A DNA stretch of 32,000 nucleotides from Archaeoglobus fulgidus DSM 4304 (GTDB lineage: Archaea; Halobacteriota; Archaeoglobi; Archaeoglobales; Archaeoglobaceae): positions 750,001 to 782,000 of the forward strand of contig NC_000917.1 in the NCBI RefSeq assembly GCF_000008665.1, given 5' to 3'. The notes under the pieces are model-generated. The model ran no database searches, was not told where the DNA came from, and saw only the letters and a program-made list of their open reading frames with translations. A program made the position numbers and the translations under genes. Positions 28,265 to 32,000 of the stretch are shown here, piece after piece (positions within the stretch are counted from its first letter, which is position 1; every line of letters begins with the position of its first letter).

Positions 28265-30019
28265 ATGAAGTTAAAACTTCTACTGGTTATTTCAATTATT
28301 GTTGTTCTCTCCTCCACCTCCCAGGCAGCAACAATAACAATTCTTCACACCAACGACGAGCATTCCGCATTAATCCCATACCACGGAAAAGGGGGGTTTG
28401 CGAAGCTTGCCTACTTAGTGAAAGAGCTGGAAAAAGATAAGCAGAACGTAATTCTCGTTTCGGCGGGGGATTACATCGGTGGAACTCCCTTTTCGTGGCT
28501 GATAGCAGAAGGCTACTCACCTGAGATTTCAATAATGCAGAAAGTAGGCTACGACGTCGTCACAATAGGAAATCACGAGTTCGATTATACCTCAAAGGCC
28601 CTTCAAGGCTACCTGCAGAACGTGACGATACCGGTGGTGGCGACAAATGTTCATGCTGAGGGGCCGCTTGGAGAGGTTCTAAAAAAGCACTACATCGCCA
28701 ACGTTGGCGGGGTTAAGGTCGGTTTCATCGGAATACTTGGCGTTGATGCTCAGAGAAAGGTGTATTCCCACGAAAACGTCACCTTTGAAGACCCTGTTGT
28801 TGCAGCTAAAGAGGCTGTTGAAGATCTTGTGAGAGAGGGAGCGGAGGTTATCATCGCTCTGTCTCACTCAGGAATCGATGAGGACCTCGTTCTTGCAGAG
28901 GAGGTGCCTGAAATAGACGTCATCATAGCAGGCCACGACCACAGGGTGCTCGAAGAACCGATTGTCACCCCCGGAGGGACAGTAATCGTGGAAACCGGAG
29001 ACAGTCTCAGATATCTGGGTGTTCTGGAGATTGAATACGAAGATGAAGTTAAGCTCAAAAGCTACAGCCTTTTGGAAATCAACGACAGCATTCCTGACGA
29101 CCCCGAAGTAGGTTTGATGGTTCAAAACTACGTTGAAAAGCTGAATGCCTTTGTGAAGGAAAGAAGTGGGTTTAACAGCATTTTCGAAACGGTGGTGAGA
29201 TCGGACTTCAGCCTGACCACTCAGAAGTTCAGGGAGTCAAACCTGGGTGACTTCATAACCGACGCCATGCGCTTCGCTGTTGAGAAGGCTACGGGTGAGA
29301 AAGCAGATATTGCAGTCTTCGCCAACGGGGAGATTAGAGGTAACATCACTCCGGTTAATGGCGAAATTTCCCTTTACAACCTCCTTGTTCCCGTAAGCCT
29401 TGGAGTGGGGAGCGACGGCAGTGCAGGCTATTCCCTGGTTAGCTTCTACCTCACGGGGGATGAAATATACAAAGTTCTCGAAATTGCGGTATTGCTACAG
29501 AAATTCTACGGTGATGACTTTTTTCTGCAGTTTTCAGGCTTGAGGGTTTACTACAACCCCGACAATGCCCTGATAGATCTTCCTTTTATCGACAAGAAAA
29601 TCCCCACCGTTCTTCTTCCCGGAAACCTGGGAGCGGTGGTGAAGGCCGAAACCTCGGAGGGTGAAATTGAGCGTGACAAACTTTACAGAGTCGTTACCGA
29701 CAACTACATCCTCTCCTTCCTCCCCAAGGTTGCGGAAGTTCTGCCGCAGCTCACAGTTGTGCCGAAGGACAAGCATGGAAATGCAATACCTCCTGAAAGG
29801 TTCGGCGAGCTTGTTATAAAGGCCAATGGAAGGGAGGTGAAGGTCTGGGAGGCCGTGGTTGATTACGCTCGCTCAATGGGGAAGATAGACGATAGGTACA
29901 AAAATGCCAACAACCGAATCAACGAGGTGTGGAGCTTTCCTGCTGTGGGCTATATATTAGCACCTATTGCTGTCGCAGCAGCGGTGGTTGCAGCGGTGGC
30001 AATAAGAAAAAGAGGCTAA
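28265..30019 (+). CDS. Secreted/anchored 5'-nucleotidase / metallophosphoesterase (UshA-like)
   Basis: Signal peptide MKLKLLLVISIIVVLSSTSQA; ITILHTNDEHSAL, SAGDYIGGTPFSWL, VTIGNHEFDY, SHSGIDEDLVLA, AGHDHRVLEEP; C-terminal TM AVGYILAPIAVAAAVVAAVAIRKR. Confidence 0.95.
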   Translation: MKLKLLLVISIIVVLSSTSQAATITILHTNDEHSALIPYHGKGGFAKLAYLVKELEKDKQNVILVSAGDYIGGTPFSWLIAEGYSPEISIMQKVGYDVVTIGNHEFDYTSKALQGYLQNVTIPVVATNVHAEGPLGEVLKKHYIANVGGVKVGFIGILGVDAQRKVYSHENVTFEDPVVAAKEAVEDLVREGAEVIIALSHSGIDEDLVLAEEVPEIDVIIAGHDHRVLEEPIVTPGGTVIVETGDSLRYLGVLEIEYEDEVKLKSYSLLEINDSIPDDPEVGLMVQNYVEKLNAFVKERSGFNSIFETVVRSDFSLTTQKFRESNLGDFITDAMRFAVEKATGEKADIAVFANGEIRGNITPVNGEISLYNLLVPVSLGVGSDGSAGYSLVSFYLTGDEIYKVLEIAVLLQKFYGDDFFLQFSGLRVYYNPDNALIDLPFIDKKIPTVLLPGNLGAVVKAETSEGEIERDKLYRVVTDNYILSFLPKVAEVLPQLTVVPKDKHGNAIPPERFGELVIKANGREVKVWEAVVDYARSMGKIDDRYKNANNRINEVWSFPAVGYILAPIAVAAAVVAAVAIRKRG

Positions 30020-30068
30020 AAGCTCAAGGATTGAAATCGCAGAGACAAAACCTAAACTGAACCACAAA

Positions 30069-30077
30069 CTTTATATA
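30069..30077 (+). promoter_or_regulatory. Putative TATA box for the gene at 30113
   Basis: ctttatata about 35-40 nt upstream of the start, followed by ggaggtg. Confidence 0.55.
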
Positions 30078-30112
30078 CCGGATAAGTAATTATTTTTCAT
30101 TACATAACGGAG

Positions 30113-30526
30113 GTGGTAGCATCGTACGAGATAGAGTTTATCGGGGAAGGAGAAGTTGCAGGCATTTTGAGGGAAGCTCTGAGAACGGATAGCAGGGTTG
30201 AGAGCTTCGAGGAGTTCGAAAGAGGGTTCAAGCTGAGGTTGGTTGGTGCGAAAAGGAGGATAACGATAGTCTGCAAGGGAAGCGTTCAAAGCGACGATTG
30301 TTTGCTAATCGTGAATGCGAGAAAAATGCCTGAGAACGGAGGAATTGCGTTAAACGCGGATAAAATTGCGGAAAGGTGCGGAAGTAAGCCTGAAATTGCA
30401 ATGCTCGGAGCGATAGCAAAGCTGGGAGTTGTGGACCTGAAACGTCTGATGAGCGTGATATACAGAGAAATGGGCTACGGGGACGTGTTAGCGGTCAAAA
30501 AGGGGTTTGAGGCGACTAATATTTAA
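30113..30526 (+). CDS. Conserved protein; C-terminal half weakly resembles 2-oxoacid:ferredoxin oxidoreductase gamma domains
   Basis: 137 aa with GTG start after an SD-like ggagg; ALNADKIAERCGSKPEIAMLGAIAKLGVVDLKRLMSVI. Family assignment is tentative. Confidence 0.6.
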   Translation: MVASYEIEFIGEGEVAGILREALRTDSRVESFEEFERGFKLRLVGAKRRITIVCKGSVQSDDCLLIVNARKMPENGGIALNADKIAERCGSKPEIAMLGAIAKLGVVDLKRLMSVIYREMGYGDVLAVKKGFEATNI

Positions 30527-30657
30527 TTTTATTTTTATTTCATTATGTTTGATACTCGTGCGAACTTAGAGGTTAATGATGCAATTGGTTTTCAGAAACT
30601 CCTGCAAGTTTCATTTTTGTGACAATCCTGCCAATCGTCTTTATCACCAAAAAATAC

Positions 30658-30729
30658 CGGGCCCGCCGGGAATTGAACCCGGGTCGGAGGTTCCGGAGAC
30701 CTCCAGGATATCCACTACCCCACGGGCCC
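30658..30729 (-). tRNA. tRNA-Arg(CCG)
   Basis: GGGCCCG/CGGGCCC acceptor; anticodon arm GAGGT-CTCCGGA-ACCTC; T arm CCGGG-TTCAATT-CCCGG; no encoded CCA. Confidence 0.93.
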
Positions 30730-31308
30730 CCAAATTATACCCTCCCTTTCAAGGATGAATTTTGCCCACTTAAGCTTTTTCAGCTTGACAGGGTTATCAG
30801 CTTTCTCAAAATCAAAGCCGTAGAGTCTTATTCTCCTCGCCCCGAACTTCTTTGCCAGCAATGCAGCCCTGTCTCCATCTGTGAAGCCACCAAAGTTGTA
30901 GATTCTGTCGAAAGGTGTGCTCTGAGTCGTTCCCACAAATCTTTGCACTACTGGAACAACCCTCTTTATCCTTTCCACATTGTCCCCATGAGCGTGCAGA
31001 ACAAGAATGCATCCCCTCTCCTCCAAACTTGCCAAGATTTTCTCATCCTCCTCCATGTCGGTTACATGAATATGCGGAACGAAATTGACCTTGTTTACGG
31101 CCTTTCCTGCCGTAATTACTACCTCCTCTCTGATACTCTCACCCTCATAAGCCCCACCGATTACCGCCACGCTTTTCCCCCTTATGAATTCAAGAACAGA
31201 GCTTTCAAGCAGCCTGTCCCCAGCCAGCTCCTTCATCAGCCTTGCAGCCCTCTCATCCTCTTCCCTGCTGAATCCGAAATCCCTGAGAATTTGCTCGTAA
31301 ATCTCCAT
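30715..31308 (-). CDS. mptE: 6-hydroxymethyl-7,8-dihydropterin pyrophosphokinase, MptE (DUF115) family
   Basis: VAVIGGAYEG, VPHIHVTDMEEDEKIL, LVLHAHGDNVERI, NFGGFTDGDRAALLAKKFGARRIRLYGFDF. Confidence 0.87.
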   Translation of the reverse strand: MEIYEQILRDFGFSREEDERAARLMKELAGDRLLESSVLEFIRGKSVAVIGGAYEGESIREEVVITAGKAVNKVNFVPHIHVTDMEEDEKILASLEERGCILVLHAHGDNVERIKRVVPVVQRFVGTTQSTPFDRIYNFGGFTDGDRAALLAKKFGARRIRLYGFDFEKADNPVKLKKLKWAKFILEREGIIWGPVG

Positions 31309-31322
31309 CCACTCTTCAAGAT

Positions 31323-32000
31323 TCAGCTTCCCACCTCCAGAATCTCGCTCTCCTCTACCGCTTTCCTTTCAAGTTCCTCAAAACCCTCGTATTTAACGAC
31401 GTCTTCAATTTTCGCCCTTGTCTCGGGATGCTGGGCAACCATGAAGCTGCAGCAGTCCTCGTAGGGAAGAATGGAAATCTCGTAAGTTTCAATTCTCTTT
31501 GCAATGGCAACAATCTCCTCCTTGTCCATTCCTATCAGTGGTGGAAGAACCGCAAGCTTTGAGGCTGAGTAAATGACATTGATGTTGTCGAGCGTCTGGC
31601 TCGCAACCTGAGAGAGGCTGTCTCCCGTGACTACGGCCTTACATCCCTCCTTTTCTGCAATAAGGTTGGCCATTCTCATCATGCTCCTTCTGTAAACAAC
31701 CATCCTCAGCTTGGGCGGAACCCTGTTGATTATCTCAAACTGCACCTCCTTAAACGGCACCATGTAAAGCTTAATTTTTCCTTGGTACTCAGCAAGCTTC
31801 TCAGCAAGCATCCTTATCTTCTCCCTCACCTTTGGGGAGTGCATGGTCTGGTTGAAGAAGTGGACAGCCACCACCTCACAGCCCCTCTTCATCGCCATAA
31901 ATGCAGCAACGGGACTGTCTATCCCTCCTGAAATGAGAGCAACAACTTTTCCGGCAACACCAACCGGCAGGCCACCAATCCCCTCGTACCTCTTCGAGTA
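31323..32000 (-). CDS. thiI: tRNA 4-thiouridine synthetase ThiI-like protein, N-terminus beyond window
   Basis: Frame runs off the right edge with [39 protein letters not shown], then [16 protein letters not shown] and [17 protein letters not shown]. Confidence 0.93.

Noticed and set aside
30527-30657. Possible C/D-box sRNA (aatgatgc near 30570) between the 30113 gene and tRNA-Arg
   Set aside because: C-box is imperfect and no convincing D box or D'/C' pair found by eye; left unclaimed.
30619-31464. 281-aa plus-strand ORF (MTILPIVFITKKYRARRELNPGRRFRRPPG...)
   Set aside because: Antisense to tRNA-Arg and mptE; the RARRELNPGRRF segment is the usual translation of a tRNA complement. mptE on the other strand has clear family motifs.

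Overview
This 32 kb window is a dense archaeal chromosome segment. Gene content and order, and several protein sequences, strongly suggest Archaeoglobus fulgidus; that identification is from memory, not a search. I support about 35 protein genes, 3 tRNA genes and one insertion sequence. Main content: acyl-CoA dehydrogenase, Na+/H+ antiporter, two CBS-domain proteins, an Rnl3-type archaeal RNA ligase, DUF1464 protein, Nnr, GlyA, a Sun-family RNA m5C methyltransferase with a split-off C-terminal domain, malate dehydrogenase, a ClpP-like membrane protease, an ISA1214-like IS, a CDIN1/C15orf41-like (TPD-motif) gene, an HPS-RraA fusion, RtcB, a six-gene glycerol/glycerol-3-phosphate cluster, PurF, L37e, Sm1, a UshA-like 5'-nucleotidase, MptE and ThiI (partial). 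Strongest observations: (1) the IS inserted into the 3' end of the CDIN1-like gene; an 11-bp direct repeat allows exact reconstruction of the ancestral C-terminus (…KNMGFDVVII*) and shows the gene now reads 61 codons of IS sequence; (2) a tRNA-Leu(CAA) with a 15-nt intron, abutting the hps stop codon; (3) the mptE 3' end and stop codon lie inside the downstream tRNA-Arg(CCG) gene; (4) a tightly overlapping glpK/HdrD-like/AGPS-like FAD oxidase/YbjQ/small membrane protein/gpsA cluster, including a 53-aa ORF missing from the supplied track; (5) a possible leaderless 16-codon upstream ORF coupled to the nucleotidase. No CRISPR array, intein or obvious defence system was seen.
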